From Planctomycetota bacterium (GTDB lineage Bacteria; Planctomycetota; GCA-002687715; DRQF01), in assembly GCA_027001995.1 (NCBI GenBank), contig JALTLO010000200.1, positions 11,902-72,017 on the forward strand: DNA of 60,116 bases, written 5' to 3'. This document shows, piece after piece, positions 21,768 through 30,722 of this stretch (its first letter is position 1; each line of letters begins with the position of its first letter). The translations under genes and the position numbers were made by a program. The notes beneath the pieces were generated by a model that made no database searches, was not told where the DNA came from, and saw only the letters and a list, made by a program, of their open reading frames with translations.

Positions 21768-24700
21768 ATGATGAATAACTCAAAAACCTCGACTCTCTCG
21801 CTTTTCTTCATGCTGCTCGTTTCCTTGTCCAGCTCCCTCATCGGGCAGAACGACTTCAAGGAAATGCAAGCCATCATGACGGAGCAACGCTCTCTCAACC
21901 GAAGGCTCCTCAGCCTCAAGAACTCGATGACTCGTCTGAGAGACCGATTCAAAAAGGAAGGCCGGGACTTCTCAGCTGACCTCTTAGGAAAAGGTATCGA
22001 TTCCATCGACGCTATGGGTGTTGAAAGTCAAATGAACTCAATTGTTCAAGACTTGGAACAAGACCAGAAGTTCTCCTCCATCAATCGTCAACAAAAGCTG
22101 ATTTCGAATCTGACCCAACTTCTCAAAATCCTCCTCAATCGGAGAGATGACAAGGTTGATCAAAAAATCAGCGATCTCCGCTCTGCTATTGAGGATATTC
22201 AGAATCTTCGAAATGAAGAAGAGAAGCTTCGCGACCAAACGAAGGACCTCAACAACAAACTCAGCGACGAACAGCTCGCAATAATCGCAAAACTAAAATC
22301 TCAATTGGAAGATCTCAAGAAACAACAAGACCAGGAGATCGCCAAGACTTCCGATCAGTATGACACATCATTGGATCAGATGAGCGATCTTGCTGACGCC
22401 GCCCAGAAAATGGCGAACCAAGAAAAGAAACTCCGACAAGCAGCGGAAAAGTTCGAGCAAACCGACCCAAAAGGTGCCAGCGACCTCAGTGAGCTTCGCA
22501 ATCATCTTGAGTCCCTCAAAAGGAAAGTCGCAAAAGCACACCAAGACTTAAGCACTCAAAATGCACTCGATGACCTGAAAGCGCGGCTCGACAAGTTGAA
22601 GAACAAACTCAGCCAAAAGAAGGGGCCAAGCAGCAACACGGAAGGTTTGTCGCGCAGAGAAGAAAGAGAATTGGACGCCATCCTCAGCGAAGCCCAAAAG
22701 TCGAAGATGAAAGAGGAAGACGACTTAGCAAAATCAAAGCTAGGGGTTAAAAACACCGAAGATCTAAAGGGACAGGAAGAAGAAACGAAGGCTTTGGTGC
22801 AGGCCATTGAAAGCCTGAAGAAGGCAAAATCGCTTCTCTCAGATTCCGAGAGCAACGAAGAAAACTCACCATCACGTCGCCGAGAGGCTGCCGAAGAACT
22901 CAAGGAAGCTCTGAAAGCCCTCGAAGCAGCCTCCGACTCTGCCGCATCCCGGGGGGCGAAGTCGAGAGAAACTCTTCCGCAGTTGGCCAATGACGCCGAG
23001 AAGATCGCCAAGGACTTAGAAGAACAAGCCGAATCTGCCCCCAGCGCCAGCGCAGAAGAAATCCAGACCAGTTCGGATTCAACAGAAGCGGCCAAGAAGT
23101 CCTTGGATGAAGCCAACCGGCAATCAGAATCTGGCAAGGAAAAGGAAGCGCAAGAGAACCTGAAGAAAGCGGAAGACTCCTTGAAGAATGCCGAAAGCGC
23201 ATTGGCAAATGCCCAAGAGAATCAGGAGCAAGCGAATCAGACGGAAAAAGCTATGGCTCAAGCCCAAGCCATGATGGCCCAAGCAGCCGAAGAACTGTCG
23301 AGACGAATCGAAGCTCAGGATCAAGCAAACGAGTCCAGCGATGCCAAACCCTCATCAGCATCCACCAAGGAAGCCAAAGCCGCCGCTCAAGAAGCTGCCA
23401 AAGCCGCTAAGAAAGCATCGATTGCCCACAAATCCAATAATGCAGCAGAAGCGGCCAAACAAGCAAAAAAGGCAGCCGACGCCTTTAAGAAAGCTTCCGA
23501 TGCTCTCAAAAAGGCCGCCAAGGATCTGGCCCGTAAGCTCCCGGAGAACTCTCTCAAGAAGTCAGCAGAACGTCAAAAGGACCTGACGAGAAAGCTGGAA
23601 GAAGTTCAGAAGGAACTCGAACAGGTGGCCCAAGAATCACCTGAAAACAACAATCTGAATCAGGCTGGAGACGACCTCAAGCGGGCCCAAGATGCAAGTG
23701 ATGAAGCATCCAAGAAGTTCGAGCGAGCCAAACCCCAGCAGGCTGGGCAAGAGCAAATGAGTGCAGCTCAGAAAATGGAACAAGCCATGAGCGCCTTGCA
23801 ACGGGCTGTGAAGAACGAAAAAGAGAGGCGCAAAGCCGAGTCAGAACGCCGCAAGGCCCTGGCAGAGAAACAGAATGAACTTGAAGAGCGCACAAAAGAA
23901 CTCGCCGACAGCCTGAAGAAAAAATCAGGACAACAACAAGCATCTGATGACCTTCAGAAGGCAGCCGACTCGATGAAGAAGGCAAGCCAAGAGATGGATC
24001 GAGACGAAGAGGAAAAAGAACCTGACCTGGACAAAGCAGAACAGGAACAAGAAAAAGCGCTCGAATACCTGGAACAAGCCCAGGAAAAACTTGAAGAAAA
24101 AGAAGACCAGTATCGCGACCTTCAGCAAAAAGAGCTTCTCTTCAAGATCGGAAAAGAGCTGGCGAAATTGATCAAAGAACAAGAAGGAATCAATGAAGGC
24201 ATTGTGGTCTTAGACGGCAAGAAGGAAGAGCGAGGTTCCATGACTCGATCTATGCGGAAGGATGTCCGCAAGATTTCAAAGCGCCAGGGAGCAGCGAGAG
24301 ATAAAGTTCTGGAACTCAATGAGGCCATCACAAAGGAACAAGTTCTGGCATTCAGTCATATGTTCGACGAAATTGCTACGGACATGGACGAAGTCGCTAA
24401 ACGTCTTCGCCGACGCAAGACTGGCGCCATGGTCCAATCTTTGTCTGATGATGTCTTGGCCAACCTCAAGCTCATGGCCCAAACCATCAAGGACGAACTC
24501 GCCGCTCAGCGCAAAATGAAGCAAAACAAGAAATCAGACGAAAAGAAAAAACAAGAAAAGAAACTTGTCAGCAACATAGCTGAACTCATTTTAGTGCGAA
24601 ACATGCAGGCAAAGCTCAATCTCCAAACAGAGATGATGGTCGAACGGGCAGAAAAGAAAAAGAGTTCAAGTACCAAACTTGATCCGGTAGAACAGTTGTT

Positions 24701-24788
24701 GATCAAACGTCTGCTCCACAGGCAAACGAAGATCAAAAATTTGTTTGAGAAGCTTCTCGAGCAAAATGGCGCGAAGCCAAAGGAATAG
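21768..24788 (+). CDS. secreted long coiled-coil protein (~1000 aa)
   Basis: Signal peptide; K/E/Q/A-rich heptad pattern throughout; AK-rich TolA-like segment; 'IAELILVRNMQ..LN..T' C-terminal block. Confidence 0.75.
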   Translation: MMNNSKTSTLSLFFMLLVSLSSSLIGQNDFKEMQAIMTEQRSLNRRLLSLKNSMTRLRDRFKKEGRDFSADLLGKGIDSIDAMGVESQMNSIVQDLEQDQKFSSINRQQKLISNLTQLLKILLNRRDDKVDQKISDLRSAIEDIQNLRNEEEKLRDQTKDLNNKLSDEQLAIIAKLKSQLEDLKKQQDQEIAKTSDQYDTSLDQMSDLADAAQKMANQEKKLRQAAEKFEQTDPKGASDLSELRNHLESLKRKVAKAHQDLSTQNALDDLKARLDKLKNKLSQKKGPSSNTEGLSRREERELDAILSEAQKSKMKEEDDLAKSKLGVKNTEDLKGQEEETKALVQAIESLKKAKSLLSDSESNEENSPSRRREAAEELKEALKALEAASDSAASRGAKSRETLPQLANDAEKIAKDLEEQAESAPSASAEEIQTSSDSTEAAKKSLDEANRQSESGKEKEAQENLKKAEDSLKNAESALANAQENQEQANQTEKAMAQAQAMMAQAAEELSRRIEAQDQANESSDAKPSSASTKEAKAAAQEAAKAAKKASIAHKSNNAAEAAKQAKKAADAFKKASDALKKAAKDLARKLPENSLKKSAERQKDLTRKLEEVQKELEQVAQESPENNNLNQAGDDLKRAQDASDEASKKFERAKPQQAGQEQMSAAQKMEQAMSALQRAVKNEKERRKAESERRKALAEKQNELEERTKELADSLKKKSGQQQASDDLQKAADSMKKASQEMDRDEEEKEPDLDKAEQEQEKALEYLEQAQEKLEEKEDQYRDLQQKELLFKIGKELAKLIKEQEGINEGIVVLDGKKEERGSMTRSMRKDVRKISKRQGAARDKVLELNEAITKEQVLAFSHMFDEIATDMDEVAKRLRRRKTGAMVQSLSDDVLANLKLMAQTIKDELAAQRKMKQNKKSDEKKKQEKKLVSNIAELILVRNMQAKLNLQTEMMVERAEKKKSSSTKLDPVEQLLIKRLLHRQTKIKNLFEKLLEQNGAKPKE

Positions 24789-24795
24789 TCGAATC

Positions 24796-25476
24796 ATGAA
24801 GAAGTTAACCCCCATTGCTATTGCCGTCTTCGTCATCCTTTCTGGGTCGCCGGTTCTTGTGGCTCAGGACGAAGATTCCTTTGACGAAAAGAAGGCCATC
24901 AAGCAGATTAAGGCCGACTTGGACAAAGTTCTTCAGGACCTCTCATCATTGAGCAGCGACAAAGTTGATCCAAAAACTGGAAAGCACGCTGTCGACCAGA
25001 TGGATGAACTCCTCAAGAACATGAAGAATTCCCAAGGCCGCATTGTCACCAACATCGATGATCTCATTAAGAACATGAAGATGGACCCCAGCAGTTCACC
25101 CAGTGATCAACCTAATGACGGTCAGCAGAAGAGTCAGCAGCAGAAGAAAGATAAGAACAAGCAGAACAAAAGAGACCGCAACAAGAAGCCTGAAGAGAGC
25201 AAACGCGATCAAAAAGAAAATCAGGGCGGCAAGAAGCCCCAAGGAAAAAAGAAACCTGGAGCCGACGACCAGCAAAAGAAGAAGAACAAAAACGGAAAAG
25301 TGCCTCAAAAGCCAGAGGATTCAGGTGAAGAGAAAATTCCTGTAATCCAAGACAGTGAAAGCTGGGGCCATCTGCCTGCAGAAGTGCGCCAACTGCTCAT
25401 AGAGAAAAACTATCGCGACTACTTCCCGAACTACGGCGACGAAATTTCCGACTATCTGAAATCCCTCAAGAAATAG
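24796..25476 (+). CDS. secreted protein with low-complexity Q/K linker and WGxLP...P..Y..I..Y...L C-terminal motif
   Basis: Signal peptide (…PVLVA-Q), short helices, Q/K/N-rich linker, WGHLPAEVR…FPNYGDEISDYLKSL. Confidence 0.7.
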   Translation: MKKLTPIAIAVFVILSGSPVLVAQDEDSFDEKKAIKQIKADLDKVLQDLSSLSSDKVDPKTGKHAVDQMDELLKNMKNSQGRIVTNIDDLIKNMKMDPSSSPSDQPNDGQQKSQQQKKDKNKQNKRDRNKKPEESKRDQKENQGGKKPQGKKKPGADDQQKKKNKNGKVPQKPEDSGEEKIPVIQDSESWGHLPAEVRQLLIEKNYRDYFPNYGDEISDYLKSLKK

Positions 25477-25488
25477 CGTTCAAAAAAT

Positions 25489-26628
25489 ATGGACCGAATC
25501 CGACTCTTCATTTTATTTCTTTCCCTGAGCGCCATTGCTGTGTTCATGGAGAGCGATATGAAGACACCGGATGCCAACGTGGGGTCATCAGATAACACGA
25601 CTGATTCCGTGTCAACTCCATCTACAAGTGAACAGGTGACGATCCTGGTGAATGGGGGTTTACATGCACTCAGCTCTTACCAAAACCCTGACGGATCGAT
25701 TGGTGGCAAAAAGGCTCAAACCGCGCGCATCGCAATTACCGCTTTATCGCTTCTTGCATTTCTCGCTGATGGGAATTCTGAAAACCGCGGGGCTTATGCT
25801 CAGAATGTAAAAAGAGCCGTGGGCTTTCTTTGCCGCTCATCCCTGAAGAGTGGCCCGCGAATCGGTTGTTTTGAAACGATCGGTGACGTGGCATCCCGTA
25901 TGCATGGACAGGGATATGCGACCTTGGCTCTTTGTCAAGTTTACGGTCAATACGGTGTTGGGCGGAAGTTTGCAGGCACCAGCCAAGACCTCAAAGGGAT
26001 CATCGCCAATGCAGTGGATGTCATTGTGCGTTCCCAAAACAGTTCTGGGGGATGGTATTACTTCCCTCTTGACTCGGTGGAAGATGAGGGGTCAATCACT
26101 GTATGCATGATTCAGGCGTTGAGGGCTGCGAGAAATTGTGGATTCGCCGTCAGCTCTTCGGTTATCGAAAAAGCGATCAACTACATCCGCACGTCTCAGA
26201 ATGTGGACGGCTCAATTCGCTATAGCCTGAGAAGCAACAAAGTGGGGACTTTTGAACTGACGGCTGCTGCCTGCGCCACCTTGGCCTATGGTGGACGCTA
26301 CAAAAGCAAGGAAGTCATCCGGGCACGTTCTTATCTGTGGGAAAGCCAAACAGACATTTTCGGCGATAGTTCACTATCCTATCCTTACTATGGATATTTC
26401 TATGCCCTGCAGGCTTTGTGGTTCGACTACGATGCCAGCCGTTGGGATCATATGTATCCCAAGTTCGTCTCTTGGTATTGGCGACAATGGGATAAGCAAT
26501 CTCAAAGCTATGCCGTCATTGATTGGGGGCGACACAAAGAAATGGAATACGGGATCGAATATCGGACGGCCCTCGCGACCTTGAGCCTTCAGATTCCGAA
26601 CCAACTCCTCCCCATCTTCCACCGCTAG
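25489..26628 (+). CDS. second secreted/anchored prenyltransferase/squalene-oxidase-repeat protein
   Basis: N-terminal hydrophobic segment; QNPDGS, QNSSGGW, QNVDGS repeats; RMHGQGYA, EGSITVC; C-terminus LQIP..LLPIFHR, paralogous to 18209-19375. Confidence 0.85.
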   Translation: MDRIRLFILFLSLSAIAVFMESDMKTPDANVGSSDNTTDSVSTPSTSEQVTILVNGGLHALSSYQNPDGSIGGKKAQTARIAITALSLLAFLADGNSENRGAYAQNVKRAVGFLCRSSLKSGPRIGCFETIGDVASRMHGQGYATLALCQVYGQYGVGRKFAGTSQDLKGIIANAVDVIVRSQNSSGGWYYFPLDSVEDEGSITVCMIQALRAARNCGFAVSSSVIEKAINYIRTSQNVDGSIRYSLRSNKVGTFELTAAACATLAYGGRYKSKEVIRARSYLWESQTDIFGDSSLSYPYYGYFYALQALWFDYDASRWDHMYPKFVSWYWRQWDKQSQSYAVIDWGRHKEMEYGIEYRTALATLSLQIPNQLLPIFHR

Positions 26629-26637
26629 TCCTTGTTC

Positions 26638-27834
26638 TCAAAGGACGCGATAGATTCGGAATTTTAGATAGCTCGATGCCCGATGAGGAACACGTTCGGG
26701 ATGATCGGCCCCTTGGGTGCCACGAGACAGGACTTGAAGTCGCCGACCCAAATTCATGGCGGCTTCTCGAATCACCATCTCAAAATCTTGAGAACTCACA
26801 GAACCGGAGCAAGAACAAGTGGCTAAAATTCCTCCTGGTGCCAAGACTTTGATTCCTTTTTCATTGATCTCTCGATAGAGCCGCATGCCCTTGCGCAAGG
26901 CTGATTTCTTGGGGACGAGCTTGGGCGGATCCAGGGAAACAACATCAAACTTGCGGCCCTCTTTGGCATAGTGATCGAGTACCCTCAAGACATTTCCTTG
27001 GATCGTTTCTACTGGACCTAAATCGTTCAGCGCAGCGTTTTTCTCCAAGGCCTCAATCGCTCTTGCAGATGAATCGATGGCGGTAACAGCTTGAGCACCG
27101 CCGTGCTTCAAGGCATTGAGGCCAAAAGCACCGGAATAACTGAAAGCATCCAGAAAGCGCGCACCTTGGCTGAAGCTTGCTAAAGTCAAACGATTGACTC
27201 TCTGATCAGTGTAAAATCCAGTTTTTTGTCCAAGGCGAAAATTGACCGAATAGCGAATGCCATTCTCTATAATTTCGACTTCTTCCGGAGCCTCTAAACC
27301 CAACACATGGCCATCTTCTAATGGACTCATTTCTTCTTTTCGCGCCATCTGCGAAACCCGTCGATAGACTCCCTGAGCTCCTGTTAGCTCCATCAGCGTT
27401 TCCGCCAAAAAAGACTCGTAACGGATCAGTCCCAGGCAATCGATTTGAATCACCAAAAAGTTAGCAAATGAATCGACAATGAGTCCGGGGAGGCCATCTC
27501 CTTCAGCATGAACCAAACGCCAAGCATTCGTGACTTGGGGATCAAAAGCCATTTTGCCACATCGGAGCTCCACAGCTTCTGTCATTCTCTCTTTGAGAAT
27601 GCCCTTTGGTTCCCTTTCGTCGTCGCCGAAGGCCAAAAGCCGTATTCTTATGACACTTTTTGAATTATAAAATCCGGCGCCGACCCGCCGACCATCTTGG
27701 TCCCGCAATTCGACGAAATCGCCATCTTTTGACTGATAACCCTTCTGACGGACGATTGACCCGTCGAAAACCCAGGGTTCACCATGCCAGAAAGGCTTTG
27801 CCATACGCGGTTTGAGTAGAAGTTTGTTTGCCAT
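26638..27834 (-). CDS. rlmI: RlmI-family 23S rRNA m5C methyltransferase
   Basis: PUA-like HGEPWVF, EGDGLPGLIVD, GQKTGFYTDQR, LDAFSYSGAF, LDPP, CSCS; start at ATG 27834. Confidence 0.88.
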   Translation of the reverse strand: MANKLLLKPRMAKPFWHGEPWVFDGSIVRQKGYQSKDGDFVELRDQDGRRVGAGFYNSKSVIRIRLLAFGDDEREPKGILKERMTEAVELRCGKMAFDPQVTNAWRLVHAEGDGLPGLIVDSFANFLVIQIDCLGLIRYESFLAETLMELTGAQGVYRRVSQMARKEEMSPLEDGHVLGLEAPEEVEIIENGIRYSVNFRLGQKTGFYTDQRVNRLTLASFSQGARFLDAFSYSGAFGLNALKHGGAQAVTAIDSSARAIEALEKNAALNDLGPVETIQGNVLRVLDHYAKEGRKFDVVSLDPPKLVPKKSALRKGMRLYREINEKGIKVLAPGGILATCSCSGSVSSQDFEMVIREAAMNLGRRLQVLSRGTQGADHPERVPHRASSYLKFRIYRVL

Positions 27835-27952
27835 CTTGCAGGGAATATATTGTCTTCTGCCACGAGTTGCTACGATTCGCTGCATTGAATTTGAAAATGC
27901 GAGAAGATTTGCTCTTTCTCGTCCGAAAAACCCTAAGCCTCTGGAGTGAACA

Positions 27953-29125
27953 ATGGATGCGTTCCCCGGCGTCGACTACATGGAACTCGACACCCTTCTA
28001 ACAGAAGAAGAGCGGATGATCCGCGATACTGCCCGCGAATGGGTCACAAGTCGTGTTATCCCTCTCATCGAAGAACATCACGATAATGGCACTTTCCCCA
28101 TGGAATTGGTCTCAGAAATGGCTGAGCTCGGCTTCTTTGGTGCCAATATCGAAGGATACGGTTGTGCTGGCCTGGGAGCCGTTGCTTACGGCCTCATCAT
28201 GCAAGAACTGGAACGTGGCGATAGTGGACTTCGTTCCTTCGCGTCGGTCCAAGGAGGCCTGTGCATGTATCCAATCCATGCCTTCGGGAGTGAAGAACAA
28301 AAGGACAAATGGCTTCCGGCCATGGCAGACGGCAGCAAAATCGGTTGTTTTGGGCTGACCGAGCCTGATTTCGGTTCTCACGCAGCTGGCATGATCACCC
28401 GTGCAGAAGACAAAGGGGACCACTATCTCCTCAATGGGGCCAAAATGTGGATCACCAATGGCTGCATCGCTGATGTCGCCATTGTCTGGGCCAAACTTGA
28501 CGGACGGGTCATGGGCTTCTTGGTGGAAAAGGGAACTCCGGGCTTCAGCACAGAGCGCCAAACAAGGAAATTCTCTCTCCGAGCGAGTGTGACTTCCGAG
28601 CTCATCTTCCAAGATTGCAAGATCCCGAAAGAAAACCTCCTGCCCAAGACTGAAGATATCAACATGAAAGGCCCTCTTTCCTGTTTGACCCAAGCCCGCT
28701 TTGGCATCGCTTGGGGAGCAATCGGAGCAGGCATGGCATGTTATGATGCCGCCCTTCAGTACGGCGCTTCCCGTATTCAATTCGGCAAACCTCTTAACGG
28801 CTTCCAATTGTACCAGAAGAAATTGGCAGAGATGATCACCGAGATCACAAAAGCTCAATTCTTGAATCTGCAATTGGGACGCCTGAAAGAGAGTGGAAAA
28901 TTGCATCCTGCTCATGTTTCCATGGCCAAACGCAACGCCTGTTTTGTCAGTCTGGAGATCGCACGAGAAGCCAGAGACATGCTCGGGGCCAATGGCATCA
29001 CCAGCGAATACGTTGTGGGACGCCATATGTGCAACTTGGAGTCAGTTAAGACCTACGAAGGTACTCATGACATCCACACTTTGATTATTGGTCAACGTGT
29101 CACCAAGCTAAACGCATTCGAATAA
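27953..29125 (+). CDS. gcdH: glutaryl-CoA dehydrogenase-like acyl-CoA dehydrogenase
   Basis: ELERGDSG.RS..SVQ..L.MYPI..FGSEEQK, GCFGLTEPD.GS, LNGAKMWITN, TYEGTHDIH. Confidence 0.85.
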   Translation: MDAFPGVDYMELDTLLTEEERMIRDTAREWVTSRVIPLIEEHHDNGTFPMELVSEMAELGFFGANIEGYGCAGLGAVAYGLIMQELERGDSGLRSFASVQGGLCMYPIHAFGSEEQKDKWLPAMADGSKIGCFGLTEPDFGSHAAGMITRAEDKGDHYLLNGAKMWITNGCIADVAIVWAKLDGRVMGFLVEKGTPGFSTERQTRKFSLRASVTSELIFQDCKIPKENLLPKTEDINMKGPLSCLTQARFGIAWGAIGAGMACYDAALQYGASRIQFGKPLNGFQLYQKKLAEMITEITKAQFLNLQLGRLKESGKLHPAHVSMAKRNACFVSLEIAREARDMLGANGITSEYVVGRHMCNLESVKTYEGTHDIHTLIIGQRVTKLNAFE

Positions 29126-29157
29126 ACGGAACGCCTGCGTGCATGAACTCAGGGGGG

Positions 29158-29188
29158 GGGTCAGAACCACAAAGTTCTGACCCTTTCT
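29158..29188 (+). terminator. intrinsic terminator between convergent gcdH and larE
   Basis: 10-bp stem GGGTCAGAAC / GTTCTGACCC, loop CACAAA, followed by TTTCT. Confidence 0.7.
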
Positions 29189-29217
29189 CATGGCTCAGCT
29201 CTTTCCCCACCCTTGTT

Positions 29218-30012
29218 TCAACCTTCGCCTGATTGGAGCCTTCCCGACTTCAAGGGCCGATCATCAACTGTTGCCTGAGCAAAACCTGCATATCGCATAA
29301 GGCCAATGGCAGCATCCCGAATAGTGGCATCTTGCAACCGGGGTAAATCCTCCCCTGAGACTTCTAGGCGCCCTTCCCCGTCTAAGTCCCGCACCCGAAA
29401 GTCGGTAATTCCCAATTTTCGAACTTCTTCCTCTGCCTTTTCAACACGGGCCAAAGCTGAGAAAGTCACAGCAACTCCAGGGGCGATCCGGGAAGCCAAA
29501 CAGGGAGACGCAGGGGTCTCAGCGGTTTCAAGACCCAATTCACGAGCCCAAGCACGAATATCCTCTTTGCCTAAGCCAGCCATTTGCAGAGGGCTTAAAA
29601 CACCGGCTTCTCGCTTCGCTAGATCCCCCGGCCGATGAGCCGATTCATCGTCCACGTTAGTGCCATCGGCCAAATTCGGCCAATCTGGACCCAGTTCTTT
29701 TTTCATTTTCCTGAAGAGCTCTTCCTTGCAAAAGAAACAACGGTTGTCAGGATTTGCGACATAACGAGGATCATTCAATTCTTGGGTATCGATCAAATGG
29801 TGACGAACATCCAAGGCGATGGCGGTTCTTTTGGCTTGCTCAAGTTGGCGTTTCGATAAAGAAGGTGAAACACCAGTCACAGCAACAACGCGAATGCTGC
29901 CGATCTTGGAGGCTACCCCTAAGAGCAAACTTGAATCGACTCCCCCGCTGAGGGCGACGGCAACACTTCCTAAGCCTGTCAGGATTTCCCGGAGTTTTTT
30001 TCGCCGATCCAT
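29218..30012 (-). CDS. larE: LarE-family ATP-dependent sulfur transferase (PP-loop)
   Basis: PP-loop SGGVDS, NP..RCFFCK, DGTN.DD...HRPG, SPL...G..K..IR, PCLASRI, FRVR. Confidence 0.92.
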   Translation of the reverse strand: MDRRKKLREILTGLGSVAVALSGGVDSSLLLGVASKIGSIRVVAVTGVSPSLSKRQLEQAKRTAIALDVRHHLIDTQELNDPRYVANPDNRCFFCKEELFRKMKKELGPDWPNLADGTNVDDESAHRPGDLAKREAGVLSPLQMAGLGKEDIRAWARELGLETAETPASPCLASRIAPGVAVTFSALARVEKAEEEVRKLGITDFRVRDLDGEGRLEVSGEDLPRLQDATIRDAAIGLMRYAGFAQATVDDRPLKSGRLQSGEG

Positions 30013-30065
30013 CTTTTCTTGCCTCTTTTCGTCATGGGGCCGTTCAAATCGAATTTTTGAAAGCG

Positions 30066-30677
30066 TTAACGGACTAATTGTAACACGGCCAGTTGAATGA
30101 GGCCGACGATGAAACCTAAGACAGCCCCCAAAACCTCAATAGCTACAAGCTCCTTTCTCGCCACCTCCAAGACGATGGCCTCCAGCTTATTCATTTCGAA
30201 GCTCAGAATCTTTTCTTCAACGATGGCTCCCATGTCGAGATGCTCATCCAAGTAGCCCCCCACCATTTTGACCCCGTCTTCCAGCAGCTCTTCAACCTCC
30301 ACCAGCATCTTGCCCTTGATCGAATCAACAAGGGGACCATTCATGAACGCTTGAAGCATGGGGTTGCCACCGGTCAGCTTTTCCCGAATAAACACATCAA
30401 TCCTTGTTTCAACGGATGCTTTCAACTTCTGGGAGATCCGCGGATCGTCCAAAAGCTCAGCTATGTCATCGGTAGAAATCAAATGTTCCTCGACAGTAGA
30501 ACCAATGCTCTTGGCAAATTCTTTCTTCCGCTTGGGCAGTAAACCTTGGATGGGAAAACCAAGAATACGCACTTCCCTGTAAGGGCGAAAAATCATGCGG
30601 ACAGCCAAGAAATTCGTAAACCAGCCGATCAGGGCTGCAACCAGGGGCAAAGTAATCCAAAGCAAAATGTCGTCCAC
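30066..30677 (-). CDS. DUF445 family membrane protein
   Basis: IGWFTNFLAVRMIFRP, QGLLPKR, C-terminal EL..IE.LGAVLGFIVG; GTG start at 30677 with AGGAGAGG RBS. Confidence 0.88.
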   Translation of the reverse strand: MDDILLWITLPLVAALIGWFTNFLAVRMIFRPYREVRILGFPIQGLLPKRKKEFAKSIGSTVEEHLISTDDIAELLDDPRISQKLKASVETRIDVFIREKLTGGNPMLQAFMNGPLVDSIKGKMLVEVEELLEDGVKMVGGYLDEHLDMGAIVEEKILSFEMNKLEAIVLEVARKELVAIEVLGAVLGFIVGLIQLAVLQLVR

Positions 30678-30688
30678 AAAACCTCTCC

Positions 30689-30716
30689 TTGACCAGCTCA
30701 TTCCTTGGCATAGAAT
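30689..30716 (+). promoter_or_regulatory. sigma70-type promoter for uvrD/pcrA (probably leaderless mRNA)
   Basis: TTGACC-N16-TAGAAT ending 6 nt before ATG 30723; no RBS. Confidence 0.5.
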
Positions 30717-30722
30717 CGCCAC

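Noticed and set aside
22500..25330. Tandem DNA repeats or CRISPR-like array in the low-complexity region
   Set aside because: The repetitiveness is at amino-acid composition level (K/E/Q/A); no fixed-length nucleotide repeats with spacers.
18209..26628. Hopanoid/terpene biosynthetic cluster (squalene-hopene cyclase)
   Set aside because: The proteins are single-domain, exported and lack DXDD; there are no hpn or squalene synthase genes nearby.
28112..29026. 304-aa antisense ORF, and similar shadow ORFs (22556-23137, 37827-38537, 47532-48059)
   Set aside because: They lie opposite or out of frame within well-supported genes and have no recognisable motifs; consistent with codon-bias shadows.
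29152..29160. G9 tract (and G7 at 44653-44659) as phase-variation sites
   Set aside because: Both are intergenic; G9 forms the base of a terminator stem and G7 is a likely RBS. Neither is in a coding frame.
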